Virus record (IMG/VR): IMGVR_UViG_3300015262_000011
Length of the DNA: 31,177 nt
From: an uncultured virus (IMG/VR IMGVR_UViG_3300015262_000011)
Taxonomy: Duplodnaviria > Heunggongvirae > Uroviricota > Caudoviricetes
Direction: 5' to 3' (one strand)
Part shown: in pieces, positions 18,079 through 27,169 of the stretch
Numbering within the stretch: position 1 is the stretch's first letter
Layout of the letters: the number at the start of each line of letters is the position of its first letter
Notes under the pieces: generated by a model
Told to the model about the DNA's origin: nothing
Seen by the model: the letters and a program-made list of their open reading frames with translations, nothing else
Databases searched by the model: none
Translations under genes and position numbers: made by a program

Positions 18079-18968
18079 GCGGCACCTGCCTTGCTGCCGG
18101 GCTGGGCGACGTCCTGGCCTGCCCACGGGTCGTCGTCCGGCGGCGGTGTCGACTGCTGCTTGCCGCGTCCGCCGTTGGCGTTCTTGATGTCGCTGCCGGT
18201 GATGCGGGCCTGCGGGAACTCGTCCTCGACGGCGATCTCGCGCCGGTCGATCGACTTGTGCGTGATGAGCAGTTGGGCGATGTCCGCGCCGGTCCACTGG
18301 TCTTTCTTGCGGCCGAGCTTCTGCTCCAGCCGCGCCTCGCTGACGCCGAGACCGGTGAAGACTGCGATGGCGCCCGCGATGCGGTCCGGGAGGGGCTTGC
18401 CGTCGCCCTTCTTGAGGGTTTCCCGGCAGAGTTCCTCGGCCTCTTCGATGAAGAAGTCGGGGATGACCGCGAAGATCGCTTCACGCAACCGGCGGGCACC
18501 GTTGTTGGCGTTGTTCTCGTAGATGTCCCGCAGGTCGATGAGTGCTTCGACCTTGCCCTTCACGAACTTGGCGTGGGGGACGATGAAGGTGAGAACGTGC
18601 CGGGTGTTGGCTTCGACATCCCACGCCCAGGCCTGCATCTCGGACTGGCGGTATTCGTCGTCGCGGCGCATCTCGGTGACGCCGTACTGGATGTTGCCCC
18701 ACGTCTGAGCGAGGGCTTTGGCGAGGTGGATGGTGGAGCCTTCGACGGCGCCGCCGGCCCGGGGGAAGCGGAAGCGGGACTTTTCGGCGAGGGCCATGGA
18801 TCCGCAGGCGGCCTGCATGGCGGCGCGGGAGCGGCCGACGTCGCGGGGGAACTGGCGGGCCACGTAGATGGCGGCCTGGACTTCGGCGACGGCGCGGGAC
18901 TGCTCGACGGCGGTGGACTGGCCAACACGGTCGGGGCCCTGGACGGCCTGCTGGACGGGGAAGTTCAC
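18075..18968 (-). CDS. Putative ssDNA-annealing recombinase (RecT-like partner of RecE)
   Basis: AEVQAAIYVARQFPRD, FPRAGG.VEG.TI.LA..L...WGNI, AWDVEAN, ARRLREAI; coupled to the exonuclease gene. Confidence 0.8.
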   Translation of the reverse strand: MNFPVQQAVQGPDRVGQSTAVEQSRAVAEVQAAIYVARQFPRDVGRSRAAMQAACGSMALAEKSRFRFPRAGGAVEGSTIHLAKALAQTWGNIQYGVTEMRRDDEYRQSEMQAWAWDVEANTRHVLTFIVPHAKFVKGKVEALIDLRDIYENNANNGARRLREAIFAVIPDFFIEEAEELCRETLKKGDGKPLPDRIAGAIAVFTGLGVSEARLEQKLGRKKDQWTGADIAQLLITHKSIDRREIAVEDEFPQARITGSDIKNANGGRGKQQSTPPPDDDPWAGQDVAQPGSKAGAA

Positions 18969-19858
18969 AGGTAGATCTCCTTGTCGCGGTTCTCGGCCCA
19001 GCCGGGCAGGGCGAGATAGTTGGGCTCGTGGTCGGCGTAGCCAGGCCAGTAGCCGGTGCTCTGGCACTCGGCGAAGATCTCGATGGCGCGACGGTTCTTG
19101 GCGCCCGCGATGACGCGGGATCCGAACTCGATACCGATGACGTTGACGAGGTACGGCGGCTTCTTCTCCTGTGCGATCAGGAGGAGTTCGGCGGTCTGGT
19201 CTCCGAGTCCGAGGGCTCGGGCGCCGGTCTCGTACCAGTCGGCTTGCTGGTTGTAGCCGTACTTGGCGATGTCCTTCTGCATGGCGTCGTCGGAGGCGTC
19301 GGCAGCTGTCTTGTAGTCGGGGATGATCAGCCGGCCGTCGTGAATGGAGGGCAGCCAGTCGAAGCGGACGCGGCAGCGGATTCCGCTGGGCTCGTCGATC
19401 CAGAACCCGGACTGCTCGGGGGCTCCGTAGGCGGGGTCGAGGAGGGCAGCGGCGAGGGGGTGCCGGCGGATGGCGTCGGCCATGTCCTTGACCATCTGCA
19501 TTTCGTGCCGCTTGAGGGGGATGCCGCCCTGTGCGCGGGCGTCGGCGACCTCGGCCTTGGCTTCCTTGGTGGTCCAGGCGTCGTGGTCGACGAGGACGAG
19601 CTTCGGGCCGTTGCCGAGGACGGTCTTGTGGGCGGCGTTGCCGTAGTCGAACGTCTTGGTCGGGGCGGGCGGGTTGTCCTGCTCGTACCGGAACTTGGCG
19701 GGGCAGGACGGCTTCAGCAGCTTCCGGGCGCCGGACGACGACAGCGACGTCTTGTCCGCGTGGTACGCCTCGTTGGAGAGATCCGTGTGGAGTCCCAGGG
19801 CGGGCGGCTCGGCGGCGGCCAGCTCTGCCTGGAGCGTCGACTCGATGGTGGTGGTCAT
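18965..19858 (-). CDS. RecE/exonuclease VIII-like PD-(D/E)xK nuclease (DUF3799-like)
   Basis: YHAD..SLSSSGAR, GNAAH, EQS.FW, R.RFD, DYKT, Y..QA.WY. Confidence 0.9.
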   Translation of the reverse strand: MTTTIESTLQAELAAAEPPALGLHTDLSNEAYHADKTSLSSSGARKLLKPSCPAKFRYEQDNPPAPTKTFDYGNAAHKTVLGNGPKLVLVDHDAWTTKEAKAEVADARAQGGIPLKRHEMQMVKDMADAIRRHPLAAALLDPAYGAPEQSGFWIDEPSGIRCRVRFDWLPSIHDGRLIIPDYKTAADASDDAMQKDIAKYGYNQQADWYETGARALGLGDQTAELLLIAQEKKPPYLVNVIGIEFGSRVIAGAKNRRAIEIFAECQSTGYWPGYADHEPNYLALPGWAENRDKEIYL

Positions 19859-20355
19859 GCGGCGCCGCCTTCGATGAGGGACGTGTAGTAGCAGTGGCCG
19901 GGCCGCTCGCTGTGCAGCGCGACGAGGCCGGCGCGGTGCAGGTCTTCAAGGCAGCGGCGCGCGACCGAGCGGTAGACGTTGGTGCCCATGGCGCGATGGA
20001 GAACCGCCTTCGCCCGACCCGGGGTCCACTCGCCGCCCTCGTCGGTGATGGCCTGGAGGAGTGCGGACTTTGCGAGGCGGGGGCCCATGGGGATCCGCCG
20101 AATCGCCTGCGGGTACAGCACGTAGGAGCGCTGTCCGTCGACGGTGCGAGCGATCAGCTGGCCTCGGCGGGCGAGGTCGCGCAGGTCTCGGCGTGCCGCG
20201 TTGCGGCCGATGCCGGACCACGGGGTGACGCTGTACAGGTCTTGGGCTCGGCGCGTGGTGACGGGCTTCCGCGGGCCTTCCTTGATCAGCGCGAGGAGGC
20301 TGTCTCGGCGCGCGGTGACGTCCAGGGCGCCCCTGGTCTCGACGAGGGCGGTCAC
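19855..20355 (-). CDS. Tandem winged-helix DNA-binding protein
   Basis: Two repeats: LLALI...TT.RA...R..ARRDL.DL.R.G.L and LLQAI...WT.GRA...RS.ARR.L.DL.R.GL. Confidence 0.8.
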   Translation of the reverse strand: MTALVETRGALDVTARRDSLLALIKEGPRKPVTTRRAQDLYSVTPWSGIGRNAARRDLRDLARRGQLIARTVDGQRSYVLYPQAIRRIPMGPRLAKSALLQAITDEGGEWTPGRAKAVLHRAMGTNVYRSVARRCLEDLHRAGLVALHSERPGHCYYTSLIEGGAA

Positions 20356-20549
20356 CGGTTCAGCTCCCGTGCCAGGTCGTCGACGATGCTCTTGGCGTCG
20401 TCGACTTTCTCGGTGAGCTCCTCGTGCTCCCGCTTGAGGTCGTCGCGCTCTTCGGTGAGGGCGGCGATCTTGTCGTTGGCCTCGTCGAGTTCGGCCTCAA
20501 GCTGCTCGATGCGGGCTTCGAGCTCGTCGGGTTCGATCGTCGTGGTCAT
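20352..20549 (-). CDS. Short coiled-coil protein (65 aa)
   Basis: Heptad pattern LEARIEQLEAELDEANDKIAAL. Confidence 0.75.
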   Translation of the reverse strand: MTTTIEPDELEARIEQLEAELDEANDKIAALTEERDDLKREHEELTEKVDDAKSIVDDLARELNR

Positions 20550-20698
20550 GCGACGTCCCCCAGGCCGCGGAGTGCGGAGGCGGCCTCGGCTTCGCAGCTC
20601 TCGCACAGGCCTGCCTTGGGTACGAAGGGCCCGTCTTCGTCGCCGCAGCGCGTGCACCGGAGTGGCGCGACGGGTTTCGTGGTGCGTTCGGTGCTCAT
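20546..20698 (-). CDS. 50-aa Zn-finger protein
   Basis: MSTERTTKPVAPLRCTRCGDEDGPF..GLCESC; ATGA coupling; below the ORF-track cutoff. Confidence 0.7.
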   Translation of the reverse strand: MSTERTTKPVAPLRCTRCGDEDGPFVPKAGLCESCEAEAASALRGLGDVA

Positions 20699-20901
20699 GG
20701 GACCTGCTTTCGAATGTCGTGTGGTGGGGCCGCGAGCCCCGCCGGGGGGTGTGCGGGGCTCGCGGCCCTGGATGCGGCGCGGAGTTGGGGGAAGCTCGCG
20801 CCGCGGTCATGTGGCTGTTGTGGGGTCCCGCCGCCGTCGGGGGCGTGGGCGGCGGGACCCGGCGGCCGGAGCGTTGGGGAGACGCCCGGCCGGTCAGGGG
20901 G

Positions 20902-22089
20902 CTACGAGGTGGCCGTGGCCTCAGCGGTCTCGGCGGGCTGCGGCTTGATGGCCTTCCACTCGTCGGCCTCGGCGTCGAACACGACGTGCGGGTTGTCCTC
21001 GACGCGGAATCCGATCCCGGCAAGCCGTGCAGCGTTCAGACCGGCCGCCAGGCGCGTCGCCCACAGCGGAGGCTTCTCAGCGGCTCGCGCAGCAAGCGCG
21101 TTCGCATAGTCCTCGTCCCACTTCTTCGGGTTGTGGCCGGCCTTCTCTGCGACATCCCACGCCCACTCACCCAGCGCGCCGTCGTCCAGTTCCTCGGCAG
21201 TGTCGCGAACGACGTGCTGGGCGGCCCGGGGGTCGACCTTGGCGAGGGCGTCGAGGTAGCGGAACGCCCTCCAGTTCGCGACGCTGGAATGGATGTGCGC
21301 GTACCAGGCCTCGCTGTCGTCGTTGTAGTAGCTGATGTCGACCGCGCTGGAAGTCGACTGCAGGACGCTCCGCAGGAGCCCCTCACCCGTGTCCTGAACA
21401 TCGGTGGAAGCCTCGTAGCGCGAGTACTCCGGCTTCGGCATGTCGCCCATGTCGGCGCCCTTGGAGCCGGCGGCGAGCGTCCAGCGCCACGCGTCGAAGG
21501 CGGTCGCGAAGGACTCCTGCTCGCCCGGCTCCAGTCCGGCGTAGCGGACGGGCATCACGGCGCCGATGAACTCCTCCCCAAAGAGCAGGGCTGCCTTCAT
21601 GTCGGCGGCGAGGCGGACACGGACGATGCCGCAGTCGTCGAATCGGGCGAGGTAGGTGGAGTTGAGGCGGGGGAACGGCTCGCCCTCGATGGTGTTCTCG
21701 GTGAGCGTGCGGAGGATGCCCCGCCAGTCCGGGAACTCCAGACCGCGGGTGACGGCGACGCTGTAGGTGGTGCGCGCCGAGTCGAAGACGAGCCGGTCCT
21801 CGCCCGGCTCGATGGTGATCGTCTGGTCGCCCTGGTGGCTGCTGATCCACTCGCGGAGGGCGGGCAGGTACTCGGCGGGGATGGTGCGGGTCCACGGCTC
21901 GTCTTCGTTGTCGGTGAGGGCGTAGCGGGCGACGGCCATGGTGTAGCGGTCGGAGGAGACGGCGTGCAGGTATCGGGCGTCGACGTCGAGGCGGATGCCG
22001 TGCAGCATCTCGATGTGCTCGCCGCCCATGTGGTTGGCGGTCTTGTCGATGAGTCGACCGAGCTGGTGGGCGTTGATCGTGACGGACAC
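20902..22089 (-). CDS. DNA polymerase III beta-clamp-like N-terminal region plus unknown C-terminal domain (395 aa)
   Basis: LHGIRL....LHAVSSDRYTMA, EFPDWRGIL, LN..YLARF, FIGAVMPVR. Confidence 0.75.
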   Translation of the reverse strand: MSVTINAHQLGRLIDKTANHMGGEHIEMLHGIRLDVDARYLHAVSSDRYTMAVARYALTDNEDEPWTRTIPAEYLPALREWISSHQGDQTITIEPGEDRLVFDSARTTYSVAVTRGLEFPDWRGILRTLTENTIEGEPFPRLNSTYLARFDDCGIVRVRLAADMKAALLFGEEFIGAVMPVRYAGLEPGEQESFATAFDAWRWTLAAGSKGADMGDMPKPEYSRYEASTDVQDTGEGLLRSVLQSTSSAVDISYYNDDSEAWYAHIHSSVANWRAFRYLDALAKVDPRAAQHVVRDTAEELDDGALGEWAWDVAEKAGHNPKKWDEDYANALAARAAEKPPLWATRLAAGLNAARLAGIGFRVEDNPHVVFDAEADEWKAIKPQPAETAEATATS

Positions 22090-22193
22090 GAGTTCTCCTG
22101 AGAGAGTTGTGGTGGGATCCCCGTCCGCTATCACCGGGCGGGGCTTCTTCTTGTGCGCCGGCTGGCCGGGAGGGTGCACCGGCCAGCCGGACG

Positions 22194-22709
22194 TCAGGCG
22201 GCCGGTTCGACCGGGGTGATCACCGGCACGGGCGCGGTGTCGTCCTCGCGCGCCAGCGGTGGCACCGGACTGGTGGAGGCCATCGGTGAGGCGCCGAGCC
22301 GGACCGGGCTGCCGGTTTCGAAGCGGTCCGCGGGCGGCGCCTCGGGTCCGGCCGGCGGCAGGGTGCTGACGGAGCACACGTTGGCTTTGAACTGGCGGAG
22401 CGCCACCAGTTCCACCGTCTGCCCTTCGAGCTCCTTCTCCAGCGCCGTGGCCCGCATCTCGGCCTCGATACAGCGGCTGGCCCTGATGTCGATGTCGGCG
22501 CGGATGTCCTTGGCCCTGGTCAACTGCTCGCGCAGGCTGTTGATGGTGAGGGCCTGCTCGTCGATACGGGCTTCCAGGTGGGTGGCCTGCTCGGCGCGCG
22601 GTGCGAGTTGGCGGACGCGGCGGGTGAGTTCGCCGAGCTTGCGGTGCAACTCCAGGCAGGACATGCCGCGGTGGGTTACGACACTGCGGGCGGTGGTCAT
22701 GGCGCTCAC
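22194..22709 (-). CDS. Coiled-coil hypothetical protein
   Basis: RBS AAGGAG, heptad repeats. Confidence 0.75.
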   Translation of the reverse strand: MSAMTTARSVVTHRGMSCLELHRKLGELTRRVRQLAPRAEQATHLEARIDEQALTINSLREQLTRAKDIRADIDIRASRCIEAEMRATALEKELEGQTVELVALRQFKANVCSVSTLPPAGPEAPPADRFETGSPVRLGASPMASTSPVPPLAREDDTAPVPVITPVEPAA

Positions 22710-22939
22710 TTCGGCTCCTTGCGGGTGTATCCGATGGCGTCGAGGAGTTCGAGGACGTCGTTGCGGGCGGCCGGGTCGTGGGCGATGAGGCGGCCGGCGA
22801 GCTCGGGGTCGGTGTCGTCGAACTCGGTGGGGTGTTCGGCGCCGATCCGGTCGGCGCAGTGCACGGCCAGCGCGCGGAGCTTCACGCGGTCGACCGTGAC
22901 GGCGCCGAGGTTGCGCAGCTCCAAGTCCCGGCCGCCCAT
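22706..22939 (-). CDS. Hypothetical protein (77 aa)
   Basis: TGATG and GTGA coupling. Confidence 0.7.
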   Translation of the reverse strand: MGGRDLELRNLGAVTVDRVKLRALAVHCADRIGAEHPTEFDDTDPELAGRLIAHDPAARNDVLELLDAIGYTRKEPK

Positions 22940-23118
22940 CAGGCGTCTGCCTTGCTGATGCGGTCGCAGTACGCCTCGAACGACTCGGTGAAGCCGCCGT
23001 CGATGGAGGCCTGGAAGTCGGGGTCGGTGCGGCGGGTGACGCCGAGGGCGGTGAGCAGGCCCCGCACGATCACCGGCTCCGCCGTGTCCGGCATCGGCGG
23101 CAGATCGAGAATGCTCAC
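22939..23118 (-). CDS. Hypothetical protein (59 aa)
   Basis: VSILDLPPMPD...FEAYCDRISKADA*; RBS GGAGG, coupled on both sides. Confidence 0.65.
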   Translation of the reverse strand: MSILDLPPMPDTAEPVIVRGLLTALGVTRRTDPDFQASIDGGFTESFEAYCDRISKADA

Positions 23119-23630
23119 GACGCCACCTCCCCGGCCCGCCGGCGTGCGGCGTGCGCGAGGCGCAGCGCCCCATGCCGGAGCCCGGCCGCGAACAGGCGGC
23201 GGGTCGGATAGGAGGCGGCCCGGTTCCGCAGGAGAGCGGCAGCCTCGTCGAACACCTCGGCCCGGTAGGCGTCCACGGCGGCAGCGAACGAGGGAAGGTC
23301 CGCTTCTTCTGCTCCGGCCTGGACGAAGCCGAACAGGGCGTCGCGGGCGCTACCCGCGCCGGCTGGGACGTCGCACGGCTCATACGTTTCGGCGAAGATC
23401 GCGCCCTTCACCGGCCAGAACTCGCCGTGCGGGCCCTTCACGATCCAGTCGCCGGCGCGGGCCCGGAGTTCGCCTTCCAGCGTCGGGACGAACACGAGCG
23501 GCTCGTCGTATGGGCCGACGACCGTGCCGCCGCACCAGGCGGCGAGGCTGCGGCCGTTCCGGCCGTCGTCGTCGGCGAGGAGTTGCCGTGCTTCCACCCG
23601 GATTGGCTTCTTGCAGTAGTAGCCGCTCAC
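23115..23630 (-). CDS. Phage protein with KKP.VEA...GDWIVKG..GEFWP.K..IF..TYE domain
   Basis: Recognisable widespread phage motif; RBS GGAGG. Confidence 0.85.
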   Translation of the reverse strand: MSGYYCKKPIRVEARQLLADDDGRNGRSLAAWCGGTVVGPYDEPLVFVPTLEGELRARAGDWIVKGPHGEFWPVKGAIFAETYEPCDVPAGAGSARDALFGFVQAGAEEADLPSFAAAVDAYRAEVFDEAAALLRNRAASYPTRRLFAAGLRHGALRLAHAARRRAGEVAS

Positions 23631-23710
23631 GCCGTACCTCCGAGGGGTGCGGCGGTGAACCGGGCGACCCGGTCCGTGCCCGCGAGCGCGTGGACGAATT
23701 CGATCGGCAT
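23627..23710 (-). CDS. Micro-ORF (27 aa)
   Basis: MPIEFVHALAGTDRVARFTAAPLGGTA*; TGATG and GTGA overlaps. Confidence 0.5.
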   Translation of the reverse strand: MPIEFVHALAGTDRVARFTAAPLGGTA

Positions 23711-23880
23711 CAGGCCACCACCTGGGGGTCGTTGCGGGCGGCGTCCAGGCGGAGCAGGTACTCGCGGACCTGGCCGGGGCGCCACGTGGACTCGTCGGGC
23801 CCGAACTCGCGGTGGGCCTCAACCCACACGCGGGCGAGGGCGTCCTCGATGAGATCGGCGTCCACAGTCGGCGTCGCCAT
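23710..23880 (-). CDS. Hypothetical protein (56 aa)
   Basis: MATPTVDADLIEDALARVW...; abuts the upstream stop. Confidence 0.65.
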   Translation of the reverse strand: MATPTVDADLIEDALARVWVEAHREFGPDESTWRPGQVREYLLRLDAARNDPQVVA

Positions 23881-24099
23881 TCAGCTCACCGCCTTCAGGC
23901 TGCGGGCCCGGCTGTCAGCGGCGGCCTGAGCGGTGAGCGTGGCCAGCTTGTCGAGGACGTCCTGCGAGGCGAGGCTCAGGCAGACTGCCGCGTCGGAGCC
24001 GAGGACGAGGGTGGTGTGCCCGTCATACACATCGAGGGCCAGGTCATCGACGGTGCCGCCAAGCAGAATCACCGACTGAATCACACGGGTCTTGCTCAC
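23881..24099 (-). CDS. Hypothetical protein (72 aa)
   Basis: GTGA coupling, codon bias. Confidence 0.7.
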   Translation of the reverse strand: MSKTRVIQSVILLGGTVDDLALDVYDGHTTLVLGSDAAVCLSLASQDVLDKLATLTAQAAADSRARSLKAVS

Positions 24100-24437
24100 G
24101 ACTCGTCACCGGCCTCACGAGGCTGGATGACCATGCCGTTGCTGTCGGCCCACGTCCGGGCCTGGTTCTCGGAGTGCTCGGCACGGTGCTTGTCCCAGTC
24201 GGCGTAGCCGTAGGCGTGGTAGGTGACCGGGCCGAACTTGATGTCGGCCGACGTGTTGCCCTTCTCGTCGGTCTCCACCTCGACGCCTGCGACGGCGGCG
24301 AACTCGGCGACCGCAGGGTTGTCCCTCAGTGGGACGGCGATGTCGGTGCTGTAGCGGGGGAACGGCACGTCGGGGTGCTCCTCCAGCCAGCCGGCAAGCT
24401 GCCGAAGCCCAGCGATGTATTCGGTGCGGTCGGTCAC
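24096..24437 (-). CDS. Hypothetical protein (113 aa)
   Basis: RBS AAGGAGG; YIAGLRQLA.WLEEHPDVP motif. Confidence 0.8.
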   Translation of the reverse strand: MTDRTEYIAGLRQLAGWLEEHPDVPFPRYSTDIAVPLRDNPAVAEFAAVAGVEVETDEKGNTSADIKFGPVTYHAYGYADWDKHRAEHSENQARTWADSNGMVIQPREAGDES

Positions 24438-24598
24438 GACGTGCCCTCCTTGGGCGTGGTGTGGGTGGGGGCGAGAACTGCGGGCAGGCGGTTGGCGGAC
24501 TCCTCGGCGGCCTGCTCCCGCTGCCGAGCAACCAGAGCGGCAACCTGCCGCTCCAGGCGGGCAGCGGGGACGTCCAGGCGGGACATGTCGACGGCCAT
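24434..24598 (-). CDS. Hypothetical protein (54 aa)
   Basis: MAVDMSRLDVPAARLERQVAALVARQREQ...; TGATG and GTGA overlaps. Confidence 0.6.
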   Translation of the reverse strand: MAVDMSRLDVPAARLERQVAALVARQREQAAEESANRLPAVLAPTHTTPKEGTS

Positions 24599-24906
24599 CA
24601 GGCACCGCCCATCCCGCAGGTGTTGCAGGTGAAGCCGACGGGCGGGACGTCATTGCAGTGCGGGCAGCGGATCGGCTCGGCGCCGAGGAGCGTCTCGACC
24701 CGGACGCCAAGCGCCTGCGCGGCAATGACCACGTGGTCGATGGAGACCTCTGCCCGGCGTCCGTTCTCAAGGTTGGCGATCACCGTGCGCGCGACCGGGT
24801 AGCCAAGTTCCGCCATCAGGTCGGAAAGCTGCTGTGCGGACACCTTGCGGATCTTCCGCAGCGTGCGGAGCTTCGCGATGACGTCGGAGGAGATCGGGGC
24901 GGTCAT
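24598..24906 (-). CDS. XRE HTH regulator with C-terminal Zn ribbon
   Basis: LRTLRK...SAQQLSD...IANLENGRR; CPHC...FTCNTC. Confidence 0.88.
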   Translation of the reverse strand: MTAPISSDVIAKLRTLRKIRKVSAQQLSDLMAELGYPVARTVIANLENGRRAEVSIDHVVIAAQALGVRVETLLGAEPIRCPHCNDVPPVGFTCNTCGMGGA

Positions 24907-25373
24907 CACCAGCACCTGCCGATCTCGCGCAGGTCGCCCGTGTCGTTGCGGACCTCTTCAGCCGACGCGATCTTCCAGGCGTTGGTGATGCCGGTCAGCT
25001 GCCGCTCACCCGTCTCCGGGTCGACGCTGAGGTCGATCCAGCCGTCGCCCTTGCCGTCGACGTAGATGCGGCGCTTCCGGTCGTTCGGGTCGTCGGCCTT
25101 CGCCTTCGCGGCCACGGCGGCGGCCAGATCGTTGGCCTCCTTCGCCGCCTTCCACACGTCCTCCGACACGACGTCGACGTGAGTGAGGCAGATGTAGGCG
25201 CCCTCGCCTTCCACCCAGACGACACCCTCGCGGTCCAGTCCGACCGCCTGCGCCTTGCTGCGGGTGCGGGTGACGAGCCGGGTCGCCGACGGGATGCCCT
25301 CCGGTCGGGCGCCCGGGTAGGCGAACACGGGGACGCCGATCTCGTACATGGCGTTGAACTCGGCGGCGTTCAC
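24906..25373 (-). CDS. Hypothetical protein (155 aa)
   Basis: FN..Y.IG.PVFAYPG.RP...TRTRS.A...VVWVEG; IYVDGKGDGW. Confidence 0.8.
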   Translation of the reverse strand: MNAAEFNAMYEIGVPVFAYPGARPEGIPSATRLVTRTRSKAQAVGLDREGVVWVEGEGAYICLTHVDVVSEDVWKAAKEANDLAAAVAAKAKADDPNDRKRRIYVDGKGDGWIDLSVDPETGERQLTGITNAWKIASAEEVRNDTGDLREIGRCW

Positions 25374-26125
25374 GCGGCCACCGCCTTCCGGGCGGCGTCG
25401 TACAGGTCGATGCCGTGGCGGATCGCGTAGCAGGAGTGCAGGAAGCCCGGCGTGAAGTCGTTCAGCCGCCACTCGTGCCAGTCGGCGAAGTAGTAGGGGT
25501 ACTCGGAGGTATCGCCCTCCGGCCGGTACGAGAAGTCGTGCAGCGCCCGGTGCGCCTCCGACTCGTACTCGACGTTGTAGTCGGCCATGTCGCCGAAGAA
25601 GTGCTCTTGCACCGCCTCACGGAGTTCACGGTTCGCGGCCCGCCACTGCGGGCTCACCTGCCGGGCCAGCTCCCTGCGGATGCCGGGGCGCTCCCGAAGC
25701 TCGGCCGGGGTGAAGCCGACGTTCTTCGCCCACGCGATGACGCGGGTTTCGAGGTCGTCGCGCATCCACTGGGCGATCGTCGACGCGATCTCGCCCTTGA
25801 GCAGGTCCGGGTTGAAGCCTTCGACCTCGTCGCGGCCGGCGCGGACCTTCTCCGACCAGTAGTGCGGGTTGATCTCGCCCGTGAGGGCGGTGCGACGGAA
25901 CAGGTCGAACATGTCCTCGGTCGCGTCGATGTCGAAGTGGAACGTCCACCCCGTCTTCACGACCAGGTTGTACGGCCACGTGATCAACTCGAAGGCGCCG
26001 AACGAACCGTGCTCCGGGTTCATGAACTTCAGGTGCCGGTACAGGCCAGCCTCGTGCTTGACGGTCATCTCGTGGGACGCCGTGTCGCGGGCGAAACGGG
26101 CGGCGATCTCGGGGTAGGCGGTCAT
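25370..26125 (-). CDS. Conserved phage hypothetical protein (251 aa)
   Basis: HEMTVKH..GLYRHLKF, ITWP, DMFDLFR, INPHYWSEKV, CYAI..GI..YD. Confidence 0.85.
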   Translation of the reverse strand: MTAYPEIAARFARDTASHEMTVKHEAGLYRHLKFMNPEHGSFGAFELITWPYNLVVKTGWTFHFDIDATEDMFDLFRRTALTGEINPHYWSEKVRAGRDEVEGFNPDLLKGEIASTIAQWMRDDLETRVIAWAKNVGFTPAELRERPGIRRELARQVSPQWRAANRELREAVQEHFFGDMADYNVEYESEAHRALHDFSYRPEGDTSEYPYYFADWHEWRLNDFTPGFLHSCYAIRHGIDLYDAARKAVAA

Positions 26126-26544
26126 GCCGCACCGTCCTCGACCAGCTCGGCGATGATGCGGCGGACCTCGCCCGCCGGGATCTCGAAGTCGTCGTGGACG
26201 TCGTCGCCGTCCGTCGTCTTCAGCAGCGCGTCAGCGAAGTCGGCGGCGATGTCCTTGCGAACCCGAGCCAACTCGGCGCGGGCGTCGGACAGCGCCCGGC
26301 CCAGGTTGTCGGCGCGCTCGTCGGCGGACAGCCACAGGAAGCGGGCCTTGTGCCCCAGCTCGACGGCCTCGTGGACGTCGTTCTTCATGAACTCCAGGTC
26401 CGCCAGCGAGAGGGGGATGCGGCTCTTGCGGCACTTCTCCATGCGCCGGTCGGCGCGCTCCGCCAGCTCGACAAGCTGAGAGTTCTTCTCCGGCACCCGA
26501 GCCCGAAGGCTGTCGCCCGAAGAGGTCTGAGAGGATTGAGGCAC
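26122..26544 (-). CDS. Hypothetical protein (140 aa)
   Basis: RBS GAAAGGGG before GTG; ATGA coupling. Confidence 0.75.
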   Translation of the reverse strand: MPQSSQTSSGDSLRARVPEKNSQLVELAERADRRMEKCRKSRIPLSLADLEFMKNDVHEAVELGHKARFLWLSADERADNLGRALSDARAELARVRKDIAADFADALLKTTDGDDVHDDFEIPAGEVRRIIAELVEDGAA

Positions 26545-26652
26545 GTGAAGCCCCTTTCGTTTCGTGAGGTTCGTGAGGGGTGGATCGGCGACCCTCGGGT
26601 CGCGGGGCCCCGGCTGCTGGAGTGCGATCCGGCGGGTGGGGCCTTTCGCCGA

Positions 26653-26964
26653 CTAGGCGGCGATGGGCTTGGCGTACCGGTTGGGCATGCGCTCGCCCTG
26701 CGCCTGAACCCAACGGATGTGCTCGGCCTTCATGCGCGGCGACTTGCCGATGTAGGTGTGCGGGATCCGGTCGTTCTGGATCGCTTCGACCACCCAGTTC
26801 GTGGTCTTACCGAGGATCGCGGCGGCCTCTGCGGGGGTGAAGCACTTCAGTTCCAGCTCGGCGGCGGTGGGGGCCGCTGCGAGGCGCTCAACTGCGGCGG
26901 TCAGTGCCGTCAGTCGGAGGATGAGAGTCGTCTCGGTGGGGGGATCCAGGTTGCTCCTGGGCAT
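26653..26964 (-). CDS. Excisionase-like HTH_17 protein
   Basis: FTPAEAAAILG...V...IQ.DRIPH..IGKSPR; RBS AAGGAG; follows cro. Confidence 0.85.
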   Translation of the reverse strand: MPRSNLDPPTETTLILRLTALTAAVERLAAAPTAAELELKCFTPAEAAAILGKTTNWVVEAIQNDRIPHTYIGKSPRMKAEHIRWVQAQGERMPNRYAKPIAA

Positions 26965-27169
26965 GGGGGTTCTCCTTGTGGGTGATGGCCTCGATGGGCA
27001 CGGCGAGCTCTTCGGCGTAGCGGTGGAGGGTCCGGTCTCCTGCTCCCTGCTGGCCCTGCTCGATGCGGGAGAGGTAGCCCGGGTCGATGCCGATGGCTTC
27101 GGCGAGACGCCGCAGGCCAATCCCCCGTGCCGTGCGAATGGCCCTCATTGCGTCTCCGTTCGGTCTCAC
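26888..27169 (-). CDS. Cro-like XRE repressor
   Basis: VRPNGDAMRAIR...LRRLAEAIGIDPGYLSRIEQG; divergent from cI. Confidence 0.9.
   Translation of the reverse strand: MRPNGDAMRAIRTARGIGLRRLAEAIGIDPGYLSRIEQGQQGAGDRTLHRYAEELAVPIEAITHKENPHAQEQPGSPHRDDSHPPTDGTDRRS

Noticed and set aside
19531..22101. 856-aa plus-strand ORF, and similar long ORFs at 11200-12918, 9807-11033 and 17419-18522
   Set aside because: Antisense shadows of real minus-strand genes, caused by GC codon bias; no motifs
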